A stretch of DNA of 64,000 nucleotides, taken from the human T2T-CHM13v2.0 reference genome, Homo sapiens. The stretch is from the NCBI RefSeq assembly GCF_009914755.1, contig NC_060947.1; one strand, 5' to 3'. The translations under genes and the position numbers were made by a program. Positions 26,201 through 42,779 of the stretch are shown here, one piece after another. Under the pieces are notes generated by a model. That model made no database searches and was not told the DNA's origin. It worked only from the letters and a program-made list of their open reading frames with translations. Numbering within the stretch: position 1 is the first letter of the stretch; each line of letters begins with the position of its first letter.

Positions 26201-26399
26201 TCATATTGACTGATATATTGAGAATCTCCAGAAATAGAAAGGAGACAAGACTTTAACTTCTTTCTTTTGAGCAGTGTTTCTTTTTTCTTTTTTTTTTTTT
26301 TCACAAGTTCCTCTGTAAAATGGGGGTAATACCACCTACCTTACAGGGCTGCTGTGACTCAAATCTGATACATGTGGAGAAGCTATGGCTGTTACTATA

Positions 26400-26700
26400 A
26401 AAATTTCTTGTACATATCCTCTGAGGCCAGCATCATGCCAGGAGTTGTGGAAGAGTGGCAAGAAGTTTAAAACATGATTCCTGCTCTCACAGAGCTCAGG
26501 ATCTGTTCGAGGAAACCAAACTAACCCAGATGGAACAAATGAGGAGCAATGACTTCCGAGCAGGGCAGGAATTCAAGCCAGGTGTGCTCTGGGCAAGCTT
26601 CATGGGTAAGACTTGAGCTGAGCCTTGAAGGAAAAATAAGATTTGGAGAGAGAAGCAGGAGAGGCCAGAATATTCCAAGAGAAAGGAACGGCATCAGACG
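26400..26700 (-). mobile_element. L2 (old)
   Basis: 'catgattcctgctctcacagagctcag...gacttgagctgagccttgaagga'. Confidence 0.6.
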
Positions 26701-28559
26701 TGGCTGAGGCGGTTACCCATGTGGTATATTTGAGTTGGCCCAATAAGGCTTGTCTCATCACACAACATGCCGAAATAACTCTGGAAATTTGACTGTTTAG
26801 AATTCTGTTCCTTAGGACGGCCCTTCTGGAAATGTAAACACACCTGGCTAGTTCGTGTATGACCTCACTTACACCTTAGTGTGCATTAGTTAAATAAGAA
26901 TGCGTTCTCTCTAGCAGCTAGATGAGATGGGGGGCACTGAGGGATGAGACTCTGATTGGTAGAGGCCTAAGAAGGGGTCATTTTGAGCCATGGAAACAGT
27001 TTCTTCTGGGAATTCAGAAAACAGCCTGGGAGCCTGGAGAAGGTGGCAAGTGGGAGAGTTCTGAATTGTCAGCAACGACATCACTTTGAACATGAGCAAG
27101 GGACAAGTCCTAACCAGAATCCATTTCAAGCAGCTTCTTTTGTTGATGTGCTTGGAGGCTTTTGCAAACCAGGATAACATGCAGATGTATATTAGAAAAG
27201 CTTTGCACTTCCACATTGGACAAATGAAGATTTGTCACAGATGGGTTATTTCATTTGATGAGCATTTGGGAAGACGGATGGTGACAGGCATGGAGTTGTG
27301 GTTCTTCTGAACCAGGGTGTAATAGGCTCTTTCCATTCATTACATACCCAGGCTATCCTTCCCAGTCCCTTCAAAGTTTGACTACTTGGTCTTGACCTCA
27401 GGTTAGAAAAAAAGTTTCCTTTGCAAAGACTGTCCTTTTCCCCCCTAGAGACTGCTGCTCTCAGCAGAGCCTGTTTCTTGAATAGCTGTGATTAAAGATA
27501 GAGGCTGTTTCTCTTCCTTCTCTGGGCTCTGAGGAAGCTGGTCTTCCCCACAGGGCTGCATTTGGGGCATCTCCTTCTGGACAGTCCTCCATTTCCTGCA
27601 TTTCCTGGTAAGGACACTAGTTAGCCCAGCCAGCCAGCCAGCCAGCCTTTGTTTGGCTTGGCAGATTCCTGGTTAACAAATGTCTTTAGGCAAAGACATT
27701 TAGGAAAATGTTCAAAAAACTTGATTCTGGGGCTTCAGGAATGAGCCTATGACCTATAACCCTGTCCACCTTTCGTTTTACTACATTCCTCACAGAGCCA
27801 GTACTCATCCTGTCTAAGGGACACGTTGCTTTTGGTGCTCCAATTAGGCATGCCCATAATCAATCATTGAGTTAACTCATAAATTATTCCTTCAGAGTCC
27901 ACAATGTGCTAAACTCTGTGTGGCAGACAGAGGAAGTGAAAGGCAGGACCCTATCTTTGGAGAAAAATATTTCTCTCTCTCTCCCCCCACACGCACAACT
28001 CAGAGAAAACATTTAGCCTTGAGATAAGGTGGTAGATTAAGGGCAAAATTATTAGGGGGAAGGGGAGCAATCGGTGTCAACAATGTTTGGAAAAGGAAGA
28101 GTGAGATGCAGTAGGGGGAAGTGGCTGTAAGCTGGATTTGACAGATGAGCTGAATTTGAAAGTATACTAACTGTTTTATCATCCCATCACCCTTGAGTAA
28201 AAAATCTCAAACAATTCTTCACTGCTTCCAGCACCACATCCTGGCATTCAAGGCCTTCAATCACATGGCCCTGCCTTCCTCCTCCAACAGCATATTTTAT
28301 TATTCCCTTCCACAGGCTTTACTGCCCACCCCCATGTATTTCAGGTCTCTAGACATCCTGACTCATCCATGTCTTGGCTTTCTCCCTGCTTCCACCATCA
28401 CTCCCTTCCTGCCTCCAGCTCTCCAGTATTACCCATATCTCACCAAGTTCAAAAGTGATCTCACCCATGAACCCCTCCCTGCCAATACACTACTCAGTTA
28501 TGTACGTTATAACACATAAGGCATGTCTCTTTCATTTGACACATCACATATAAACCACT

Positions 28560-28760
28560 TGCTGTAATAGTTAATATTGAGGCTTTTATGCTACCAGGCA
28601 TTAGACTAAGCATTTTGCAAATATCACTGCATTTAATCCACAGAACAATCCTGCAAGGAAGATGCAATTATTATCCTTATTTTATTAGTGAGGAAATGAA
28701 GGCTCAGAGGGTTCACTGGGCCAACGTCATACAGTCAGTAAGTGGTGAAGCTCGCCTTCG
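28560..28760 (-). mobile_element. MIR
   Basis: 'catttaatccacagaacaatcctg...gaggaaatgaaggctcagagg'. Confidence 0.85.
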
Positions 28761-31136
28761 CATAGCTTCTCCTGTCTTGTTACGTGGGTATGGAGAGGCA
28801 CATCACAAGTACACCATTCTTATATGAGTTGGCTGATATACAGAAGAAATTGAGAGAGAGAGAGAGAGAGACAGAGAGCAAGATCATGTAAGCAATTGAA
28901 AATTATGTGGGCAATCCTAACTATTATTCTACTCAACAAGTTTTGCCCTGGAGTTAAATTGAGTTGAGAGACGTGAATCTGATGTTCCTTCAGATGGTGT
29001 CAGTTCCTGTAGGTTTCTCATGGTGAGATTCTCATGCTTAAATATGTGCGCTTTAAAAAATTCAACACAGCCTCTAAGTGCAAGCCAATTGGCTTGGTTC
29101 TCAATTAAAGAAAAAGTGATCTGGTACAAGGTTGTAGGGGAAAAAAAACAACTGTGTTTGACTTATTGAAAAATGGTATGTCTGTCTCTAATATTGAACC
29201 TCTCAAAGGAATTTTCGAGGTGCGTTTTGTCTATAAATGATTTTTTTTTCTCATCAAGAATCTAACCCCTTATAAGACAGGACTTTGCCATATGGGTCTT
29301 GTTTCCTCAACTGGTGTGAAAACTCTGTGTGAGTAGAGCCTGTGTCTAAACTTCTTTGTATCCCTGCCCCTAACAGTGCCTAGGAAAGTAACTTGAAACT
29401 AATAGGGGCTCAACAAGTCAATATCAAAAATTATTCATTAGACATGTTAATTTTTTTCAGCAAGTTTAAGGTTCCTAAGATACCCTCCAAGCTCCCTAGA
29501 AGATGGAAGGGAAGATTTGTGCAATAGCTTATATCCTATGACCTGTTGGCATCCTCTGTGCTATTTCTAGAAATGGAATCTGTCTGTTCCCATCCCTAGC
29601 TGGATCAGCTGAGCACCTGGCAATTTCCTATTGATGCCTGTTCAGCTGTCACCTTCAAACTCCTGGTTCTGTTTGCTCAATGCATCTCCTTGAGCAGGCC
29701 TGACTATTTTGGGTGTAAGCTACAGCTGTCAGCGTTTCAGGCATACCTCACGTATTTCTAGAATTAGTCGGAAATATTTGAAGCTTGAAAAAGTAACTAT
29801 AATGTTCTGAGTACGAAGGAAATATTTAGGCAAGTATCAACTGGCAGCATATAATGCCAGCTAAGAAGAATCAAGTCTCTGGTGATAAAGGGAGATGAGA
29901 ACAACATAGCCAACCCATCTTGGGTTACTTGCATTTTAGTACCACAGGGTGAGTTACCAAACTATTTATATCATTTTTATTAGCATACGATTGAGGAATT
30001 GACCAAATGTGAGATTGTTTGCTATAAATCTGAAATGACAGACTGACTGAATACATTTGCTTTGTCCTATTAGAGATCATCATAATTCCTCAACTAAAAA
30101 AGTCATTCTGGCTATACATACATCCTAAGGATGTTTTGAAAGTCAGGTTGTACCTCTTGACCTCATTCTTTTTAATGTTTGATAATCATTTCTGTACTCC
30201 AGTCTGATAGGATACAATACTGACCTGGAGCAATTACACTGTGACTCTGTACCAAATTATTAAGATATGATTAGTTCTCTTGGAGTCAGGCCCAGGAAAA
30301 GTAGAGAATAAATTTTGTGGAATGGCAAGGCCCCAATGCAAGAGATATAGGTGATAGAGAATTCTTCAGATTCCAAGATCCAGTTAAATTTGGTGATTTA
30401 ATAGAGGCCAGGTCAATCATTTTTTCTTTTACATCTAATGCTTATTTTGGATGCCTTTATTTGGCTGTGCTGGGGGGGATATCAAATCCCTCTTCAATTT
30501 TGCCTTTTAATAAATTACCTTTTATAATATGTAATGGCAGAAACAAAAACTAAAATAACCAGAAAGCTCTCTAGCATTGAGACCCTCCAGATACAAGCTG
30601 TTAGTGGAACTAAAGGCTGTGGAAATGGAGGAAGTGATTGTGGTGCCTACAAGACAAAGACCAGGAACTCAAACTTTCAAAGGACCCATTACCTTCACTT
30701 TCTGTCTGTATCTACAGACTGCTTTCCAGATGATACTGATGCAGGTAGAATAAAGACTACACTGTGAAAAACACTTCTTTAGAGGCTAAGCCCAGTCATG
30801 ACCATGGAGGAAAGTAAAACCTTAATGCTTGTCACCTTTAGAATCTTTTAAAAATTTACTTTTCATGGGAATATGTACCTTTGTGATCATTCTAATCCTG
30901 TTTCCTTACAGCCAATAAATTATTGATAAAAGTTTGCTGAATTAGATCATGTGCTGGAAAACTTGAAAACTTAAATTTTCAGCCCTAGCACTGATTCGCA
31001 GTCTAACCTTGACTTAATCAGTTAGTTATTTTCCCCTTTTGTAAATTGAAAGGCCATCTAAGAAACATCTGGTAAGTTTTAGATGAAAAGCACTGAGAAA
31101 ACCCTTGTATCACAAGAGGGATTTTTTTTCTCCATC

Positions 31137-31320
31137 TAGGATTGCCAGATTTAGAAAAAAAAAAGACATCCAGTTAAATTTTAATTTCAGATAAACAATG
31201 ACTTTTTTTGGTATAAGTATGTCCCATGCAATATTTGGGATATACTTATACAAAAAAAATCCATTGGTTATCCAAAATTCAGATTTAACTGGCTTTCCTG
31301 TATTTTATCTGGCAACTCTA
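31137..31320. mobile_element. MER53 palindromic MITE
   Basis: Termini taggattgccagat / atctggcaactcta; central 'tataagtatgtccca-tgcaatatt-tgggatatacttata'. Confidence 0.9.
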
Positions 31321-31750
31321 TCTACCACCACCCTTTTCCTGGAGCCTGCACTTTCCAAGACTTGGGCAATAGCAGAGGGACTTTTGTAACTCAAGGCCAG
31401 GAAGGAAATGAGCACTCATTTTGCATGGTACAGTACAGGAGAAATGCTAGCAGGAGACTAACCTCCCATACTGGAGAAATCTAAGTCTTTTCTGTTGATG
31501 GGGAGTGGGTGGGTAATGAGGGGGAATGGAGGGGAGGATAGAGAGAGATTAGGCAAACACATACGTGGAATCCCAAAGAATATCCAATCAATTATTCAAA
31601 AAACATAATCCAACTTGTTTTTCTTACAGCCTCAGAGAAAAATAGAAAACCAGGGACTTCTTCATACAGAAGACTGCCTTCATTTTCCACTGCAACCACC
31701 AAAGGGAATTAGGCATTTCTATACCAAACAGCACAATCTGGGAGTCGTAG

Positions 31751-32238
<488 letters not shown>

Positions 32239-32719
32239 AATCTCAGCTCAACTTTCTTCCAAGGCACAAGTCTTTCTTTCTCACAGTTGCTGTTGACCTT
32301 CACTCCTAGTTCACCTTTTCTGCCTCCAGCTCTCCAAGAGACAACATATCTCCCTGTTATCATTCTGATATACCTGCCTAAATATGGATTTTCAGTAGCA
32401 AAGCAATTGCTTTGCTCTGAATTCAGCCAAATAGGGGTACTTGGAAGTCATAGGTAACTGATAAAGGTGAGGATGGTTTCAAAAATTAAAAGAATGTTCT
32501 TCCTGATAAAAAGAATGTATGGTCATTGTAAAAAAAAAATCTAACACAATACAAAAGAAAGGAAAATAGAAGACCTTTTATCACAGGACCTAGAGATAAC
32601 CACTCTTAATATTTTGGTTAAAGTTTTATATTCATTCATTCGTTCATTCATTCATTTATTCATTCCTTCAACAAATATTCATCTGTGTCTACTGGATACT
32701 TAACACTGTTTTAGGCTCA

Positions 32720-33067
<348 letters not shown>

Positions 33068-33342
33068 CTACCATCATGACCCTATTTACATACATGCTCT
33101 GACACATACACACATATAATTTTACACTGATGTCTTCATACTATATAGGCTACTTTGTAATCTGCTCTTGCATGTAAGAATGTATTATGGACTTATTTAT
33201 ATGTCAATAAATATTGATTGGTATCATCGTTTTAATGTTTGCCTAGCATATTCTGTTATAAATATATATATATGCATGCCATGATTTAACTATCTCTCTA
33301 TAGACATTTATTTCCAATTTTTACTATTATAAAAATACTGTG

Positions 33343-33641
33343 GGCCAGGTGCAGTGGCTCACACCTGTAATCCCTGCATTTTGGGAGGCTGAGGTGGGTG
33401 GATCACCTGAGGTCAGGAGTTTGAGACCAGCTTAGCCAAAATGATGAAACCTTGTCTCTACTAAAAATACCAAAAATTAGCCGGGTGTGGTGGCGCACAC
33501 CTGTAATCCTAGCTACTCAGGAGGCTGAGGCAGGAGAATCTCTTGAACCTTGGAGGGGGAGGTTGCAGTGAGCCGAGATAGTGCCACTGCACTCCAGCGT
33601 GGGCAACAAGAGCAAAAACTCCGTCTCAAAAAAGAAAAAAA
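33343..33641 (+). mobile_element. Alu (AluSq-like)
   Basis: Full dimer; TSD aaaaatactgtg. Confidence 0.97.
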
Positions 33642-33719
33642 TACTGTGATGAATACACTTCTGCATTTATATCTTTACATGCTTGTCCAGTCATCTTATT
33701 AGGATAAATTGCTGGTTCT

Positions 33720-35495
33720 ATCCTATCTTGCTTGCTGTTTCTTCTCAGTCTCTTTTGCTATCTTCCCCTTCTGTGCTTGATCTCTCCATGTTAAAGTATT
33801 CCAAGGCTAAGTCCTTAGCCTTCTTTTCTAGTGTCATTACACCCTAGATGATCTCATACAATTCTATGACTTGAGTCATTATCTATATGCTGATGACTAC
33901 TAAATTGATATTTACAATCTTGACATCTCCCCTTGAGCTCTGGACTCACATATCCAACTGTCTTCTTAAAATATCTGCTTGGATAGCTGCTACAGAATTT
34001 CAAATATAATGTGACCAGAAGAGAACCCTTAATTCTGCCCCTAAAATATATTCCCATGCTGGTCTTCCATAATTCAGAAAATGGCATCACCATCCACCCA
34101 CTTAGGCCCAAAATAAGGCACCAACCCGGTTTCTCCTCTTTTCCTTACCCTCAGCCTCCATATATTGAATCTATCAAGTCTTTTCAAGTCTACCTCCAAA
34201 ATATACTTCAAATCTCTACCTTTTTGTCTACATTTACTATGATATTCACTTACTGTCATCTTAATCCAAGCCACTTCAATCTCTCATCCAGGCTACAACA
34301 TTGGCCTCTGATATGGTTTGAATGGTTTTTGTCCCCTCCAAAATTCGTGCAGGAACTTAATCCCCAATCCAACAGTATTAAGAGGTGTGGCCTTTAGGAG
34401 GTGATTGAGTCATGAGGAGTCTTCCTTCATGAATGGGATTAAATACTTTCAAAAAAGGGCTCGATAGAGGGAGTTTGTCCCTTATTGCCTCCTCTGCCCT
34501 TCTGCCTAATGAGGACACAGCATTCCTCCCCTCCAGAGGATGCAGCAATAAGGCACCATCTTGGAAGTGGAAAAAAGGCCTTCACAGACACCAAGCCTGC
34601 CAGTGCCTTGATCTTGGACTTCCCAGTCTCCAGAACTGTGAGAATAAATGCCTATTGTTAAAAAGTAACTACGTGAGATGATGGATATGTTAATCTGCTT
34701 CATCACAATAACCATTTTACTATCTATATGTGTCCCATACATCATGCTGTAAACCTCAGATGTACACAATAAAATTTATTTTTTAAAATTTCTGTTGTTG
34801 GTTAATTACCCAGTCTGCAGTACATTGTTATAGCAGTGCAAACTGACTAAGACAGCTTCTTAACTGGTCTTTTGGCTTCACCTGTTGCCCTTCTAGAGTC
34901 CTGACCCTACACATTAGCCAACGTTATCTTTTAAAAAGTATAAATCAGTTCTTGTTATCCCCATCCTGAAATCCCTTGATTTCAAATCACACTCAAGATC
35001 AAATAAAAAATCATTACAAGTCTACAAACCCCCTGTTTCTTCTATCCCTGGTGTAACTAATCTACCCCATCTCATGTACACTCTCTTCTGCTAATGAAAC
35101 ACCAGTCACAGAGTCCTTTCTATTTCTTCAGCACAGTAAGCTCATTCCTGCCTCAGACCAGAAATGTTTCCTCTGCCCAGAACACTCTCCTTCTGAATTT
35201 CCAGGTTCCTGCCTCCTAATTTTTCAGATTGTACCTCATATATCACTGCTCAGAAAGGTCTTTAGTGATTACCTCATATAGACTAGCCTCCACCCCTCAG
35301 TTACCCTCTATTTTATAGCTCTGTCTGATTGCCTTCATCATACTTATGATTATCTGAAATTAACTATCTGGTTTATTTATATATTTACTTGTTTCTTCTC
35401 CCCTAACTCCATGAGAGCAAAAGATTTGTCTATCTTATTTACTATTATAACTTAAATATACCATTTCAGTAATTGGCCCATAGAAGATGCTCAAT
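33720..35495 (+). mobile_element. L2, long fragment split by a MaLR LTR
   Basis: 'tctatatgctgatgact...ctcacatatccaactg...aatggcatcaccatccaccca' and 3' end 'ctccatgagagca...tgctcaata'. Confidence 0.88.
34309..34854 (+). mobile_element. MaLR solo LTR (MSTD/MLT1A-like) containing an L1MA 3' stub at ~34660-34787
   Basis: tgatatggtttgaat...gactaagaca; near-TSD gcctc/gcttc; insert 'gtaactacgtgagatgatggatatgttaat...caataaaa'. Confidence 0.85.
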
Positions 35496-35600
35496 ACAGT
35501 AGAAGTTCTTTTATCTAACTTCTTTACTCATTACTCTCCTGATTAATCAACTCTTTCCATTCCTCCTGTAAAATACATTGTATGACACTATGAATGCTTG

Positions 35601-37940
<2,340 letters not shown>

Positions 37941-37954
37941 AAACATTGTGAATG

Positions 37955-38370
37955 CTCGAAGCTAGTAGGCCATTCTCTAGTACATCCCATGCACTTTTGC
38001 TCACACCAGTTAAGTTGGATATTTACTAAGAGCCAATTTTATTTGTTCCTAATCTTGTTTATGATAGCTTTGCTATGTAATTTAAATAAATATTCTGTAA
38101 ACAGATGATATATGGGTATGAAAATGAAGAGTTATTTCTAAGAAAGTTGAATACTTTAGAGAGGCATAATAGAAAAGAACACAACCAAAAAAGGTGTTAA
38201 ATTGTGTATAGGCAAGATGGCCATAAAAGACTGAGGGAATAACAACGATGGGAAGGCTGCTATGGTTAGTGTCTTTAGATCTTGATCCACTATTTAAAAA
38301 CAGAAACTGTAAATTGAAAGCAATGTATTATGAATGTAGTCTAATGTAAAACAATAGGAACTCAGATTGA
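37955..38370 (+). mobile_element. Tigger-like (Tigger13a-like) DNA transposon remnant; its 5' part is probably ~35497-35600
   Basis: Degenerate transposase start 'aagttgaatactttagagag...gtgtataggcaagatggccataaaagactg...aaacagaaactgtaaattg'. Confidence 0.5.
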
Positions 38371-39137
38371 AGAAGCCCAGATCTTAAGATGAATAAAAAT
38401 AAATACAAACCTAGACAAATCATAGTGAAAACAAATAGAAAATTTTTAACCAGAGAGAAAAGACAGATGGCATTCAAAAACTAACATTAAAAAATAGACT
38501 GACAATAGATAATAAATAATACACTTCCCATCAGCAACAATAGAACTCAAAAAACAATGGAATAATATTTACAAAGTTGAGGGAAAATACCCATTAACTT
38601 AAAATTTTACATACAGAAGTTATCATTCACAACTGAGGGTCATTAAAATGAGATCTTTTAAACAAAGACTATGAGAGTTTGTCAGTGATAAGCCTTCACT
38701 AAAAAAATATTAAATGATGTACATCAAGAAGAAAATTGAACCTACAATAAAGGACTGGAGTTCAAGAAACAATGGAGCAAAAAACTTGGTAAACATATAG
38801 ATAAATTTAAATAAACCTCAACTGTAAAAAATAGGGTTTCTTTTGAGATGATGATGTTCTAAAATGGTGATAATTGATATCTCAATAAAGCTGTTTTTTC
38901 TTAAAAAAAGAATCCCAATAATAATAAGGTTACAATGACCAATTCCGGGGGGTATTGAAGAGGAAAATGCCACCAAAATGTGGCCCAACAGTCCCACTTA
39001 AGATAGAGAGTAGAAGATTAGAGTTAAAACATATTTAGCTTATTTTATTACTCAAAGGATAAATCGAAATATATCTCTATCTCTATCTCTAAATGGAGAT
39101 ATATCTCTATGCAATCTGTTTTCTCTCTCTGGTTAAT

Positions 39138-39252
39138 ACCTTTAAAATTTTTACATACACCCACGGACTGCACAAAAATTCAAGTTAATATACACATTAA
39201 CTTGAATTTTTGTGTGTGTGCAGTCCGTGGGTGTATGTAAAATTTTAAAGGT
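39138..39252. repeat. Near-perfect inverted repeat (52/57-bp arms, 6-nt loop)
   Basis: 39138-39189 is the reverse complement of 39196-39252 except for a (TG)3 and a 1-nt indel. Confidence 0.97.
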
Positions 39253-39384
39253 GACCACTAAATTAACAGAAATACAACTTCCAAAATTTCAGAAGAAGGC
39301 AGGGGAAATAAAAACATTAATCAACTCAATCAAGGCAGAAAAAAATAAAAAAGAAGCAATGTAAAACATAGTAATAGAAATATA

Positions 39385-39808
<424 letters not shown>

Positions 39809-39870
39809 TTATATATTATATAATATTTATATATTATATGAAATATAATATAAAGTATTAAACATATTAA

Positions 39871-40264
<394 letters not shown>

Positions 40265-40313
40265 TCATAATTGCAGATGATATGATTGCCTATACAGAAA
40301 ATGCAAGAGAATC

Positions 40314-40611
40314 GGCCAGGCACGGTGGCTCACGCCTGTAATCCCAGCACTTTGGGAGGCCGAGGCAGGTGGATCATGAGGTCAGGAGTTCAAGACCAGC
40401 CTGGCCAAGATGGTGAAACCTGTCTCTACTAAAAATACAAAAAGTTAGTCGGGTGTGGTGGCAGGCACCTATAATCCCAGCTACTCGGGAGGCTGAGGCA
40501 GAGAATTGCTTGAACACAGGAGGCGGAGGTTGCAGTGAGCCAAGATCACATCACTGGATTCCAGCCTGGTGACAGAGTGAGACTCCGTCTCAAAAAAAAA
40601 AAAAAAAAAAA
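40314..40611 (+). mobile_element. Alu (AluSg-like)
   Basis: Full dimer; TSD gcaagagaatc / gcaagagtatc. Confidence 0.96.
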
Positions 40612-42486
40612 GCAAGAGTATCTAGAAACTGTTAGAACTAATAAGAGCATCCAACAAAAGTGCTGGATATATTAATATGAAAAAAATCAGTATCATTTAA
40701 ATATACCAGAAACAATAAATTAGAATATGTAATTCTTAAAGAGGAGTGATATTATCCAAAATACATATTATTAGCAAAGAGCTAGGAGCGTGAGCAGTGT
40801 GTGAGTAGCATTCCAAGAAACAGCTTTTAAACAAGTATATGTAAGTGCTTTATTACATGCATTACAGAGTGGTAACCATTTCCATTCACTGAATTAACAC
40901 TGTTAACAACATAGTATATATACACACACAACAGTTGTATAAGACCTTTATGGAGAAAATTATTAAAATTTTTGAACGTCATAAAAGATGATCTTATACT
41001 TCAGTTTCAAGACAAGATGAAATAAAAGTAATTTTCCCTACTCTTTCTGCCAAGTACGGCTAAAAACCCTGAACATTATGTATAAGGCAGATATAAGATG
41101 ACTCTGACAGGTAGAGAAAAAAGGGCAGACTGGCTAGGGACCTTGGGAACTGAGGCAACGTATTGGTGAGTTTCTTCTGTCCCCTTTTTGCCTCATATAT
41201 CCCAGACTGGGTACTAGAGAAGCTAGCAACCCAGTAATACCAACAAGCACAGACAAAAAAAATCCCCAACATAAGCCTGCTTTCGCTAGCCAGTGTATCA
41301 GAAAAAGAACAACCGTGTAGAACAGAACACCTTTAACAATAACTGCTCTCTACTCCCGGCAAATATCTACAGAAAAAAACACTCCTATTCATGCCAGCAA
41401 AGGCTGAGTGGGGAGGCTGACTTTTCCCCTCCCTAGGCTGTAAGGAAGTATCCCAATCACCTAGCCAGTGTGGTGTTGGAGAGGGCCAAGTGGGAAGCTG
41501 TGACTGTAATAAATCTCCTTTCTCCACAGTGACAGTAGCGACCACATAGGGAGCTGTACGTCCATCTCCAGCTGGCAGTAATGAGGTGGTGCCTCCTCTT
41601 CCACCACTGGAGCAGTGTCAGAGGAGGCCTGCTAAAACAGAAGATTTCAATAAGAACCAGTCTCATAATGTAGTACCCAAAATGTCAAAGTTGAATAAAA
41701 AATCACTTATAATACCAAAAACCAGGAAAATCTCAATTTGAATGAGAAAAGACATTCAACAGATGCCAAGACTGAAATGACACAGATATTACAATTACCT
41801 GTCAACGATTTTAAAGCAGCCATCATAAGAACCTTTGAACAAGTAATTATAAATGCACTTGAAACAAAGGGCAAAAAATCTCAACAAAGAAAATAGGAGA
41901 TATAAAGAAGAACCAAATGGAAATTTTAGAATGAGAAAACAACCAAAATTTTAAAACTTCAATGGATGGGCCCAATAGCAAAATGGAGGAGATAGAGAAA
42001 AGAAGCAGTAAGCTCGAAGATACAAAAATAGAAATTACCAAGGACAAACAACAAAGAGAAAGTAGACTGAAAAATATGTATGAACAGAGCCTCAGGGATC
42101 CGTGGCACTATAACAAAGCATTTATGTCATCAAAGTCACAGAAGGAGAGGGAATAAAAGGTGAGGCTGAAGATGTATTCAAACAAACAGTGGCTGAAATT
42201 TACTCAAATTTGGCAAAAGACAAACCTACAGGTTCAAAAAGCTGAGTAAATCCCAAATACATTAAACCCAAAGAAATCCAGGCCAAAACCCAGTGACTGT
42301 AGATTTCTCATCAAAATCTGTGGAGGTTACAAGGAAATGACATGGTATTTTTTAAGTACTGAAAGAAAAGAACTGCCAGCACAGAATTCTACAACCAACA
42401 AAAATATCCTTCTTAATGAAGGGAAAATCAAGACATCCTTAGATGCAGGAACACTAACAGAATTTATCACTTGCAAACTAACATTT

Positions 42487-42779
42487 TTTAAAATTATACT
42501 TTAAGTTCTAGGGTACACGTGCACAACGTGCAGATTTGTTACATAGGTATACATGTGCCATGTTGGTTTGCTGCACCCATCAACCTGTCATTTACATTAG
42601 GTATTTCTCCTAATGCTATTGCTCCCCCAGCCCTCCATCCTCTGACAGGCCAAGAGAATAGGCCAGGCACAGTGGCTCACGGGGTGTGATGTTCCCCGCC
42701 CTGTGTCGAAGTGTTCTCATTGTTCAATACCCACCTATGAGTGAGAACATGGGGTGTTTGGTTTTCTGTCCTTATGATA
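42487..42779 (-). mobile_element. L1PA 3' UTR stub
   Basis: 'ttatactttaagttctagggtacacgtgcacaacgtgcag...cccacctatgagtgagaacatg'; 14-bp TSD gcaaactaacattt (42473-42486 and 42780-42793). Confidence 0.95.

Noticed and set aside
27678-27701. 10-bp stem with a 4-nt loop (aaatgtcttt-aggc-aaagacattt)
   Set aside because: Within chance expectation; terminator logic does not apply to this genome
29081-29096. 16-bp perfect palindrome caagccaattggcttg
   Set aside because: About one is expected by chance in 64 kb
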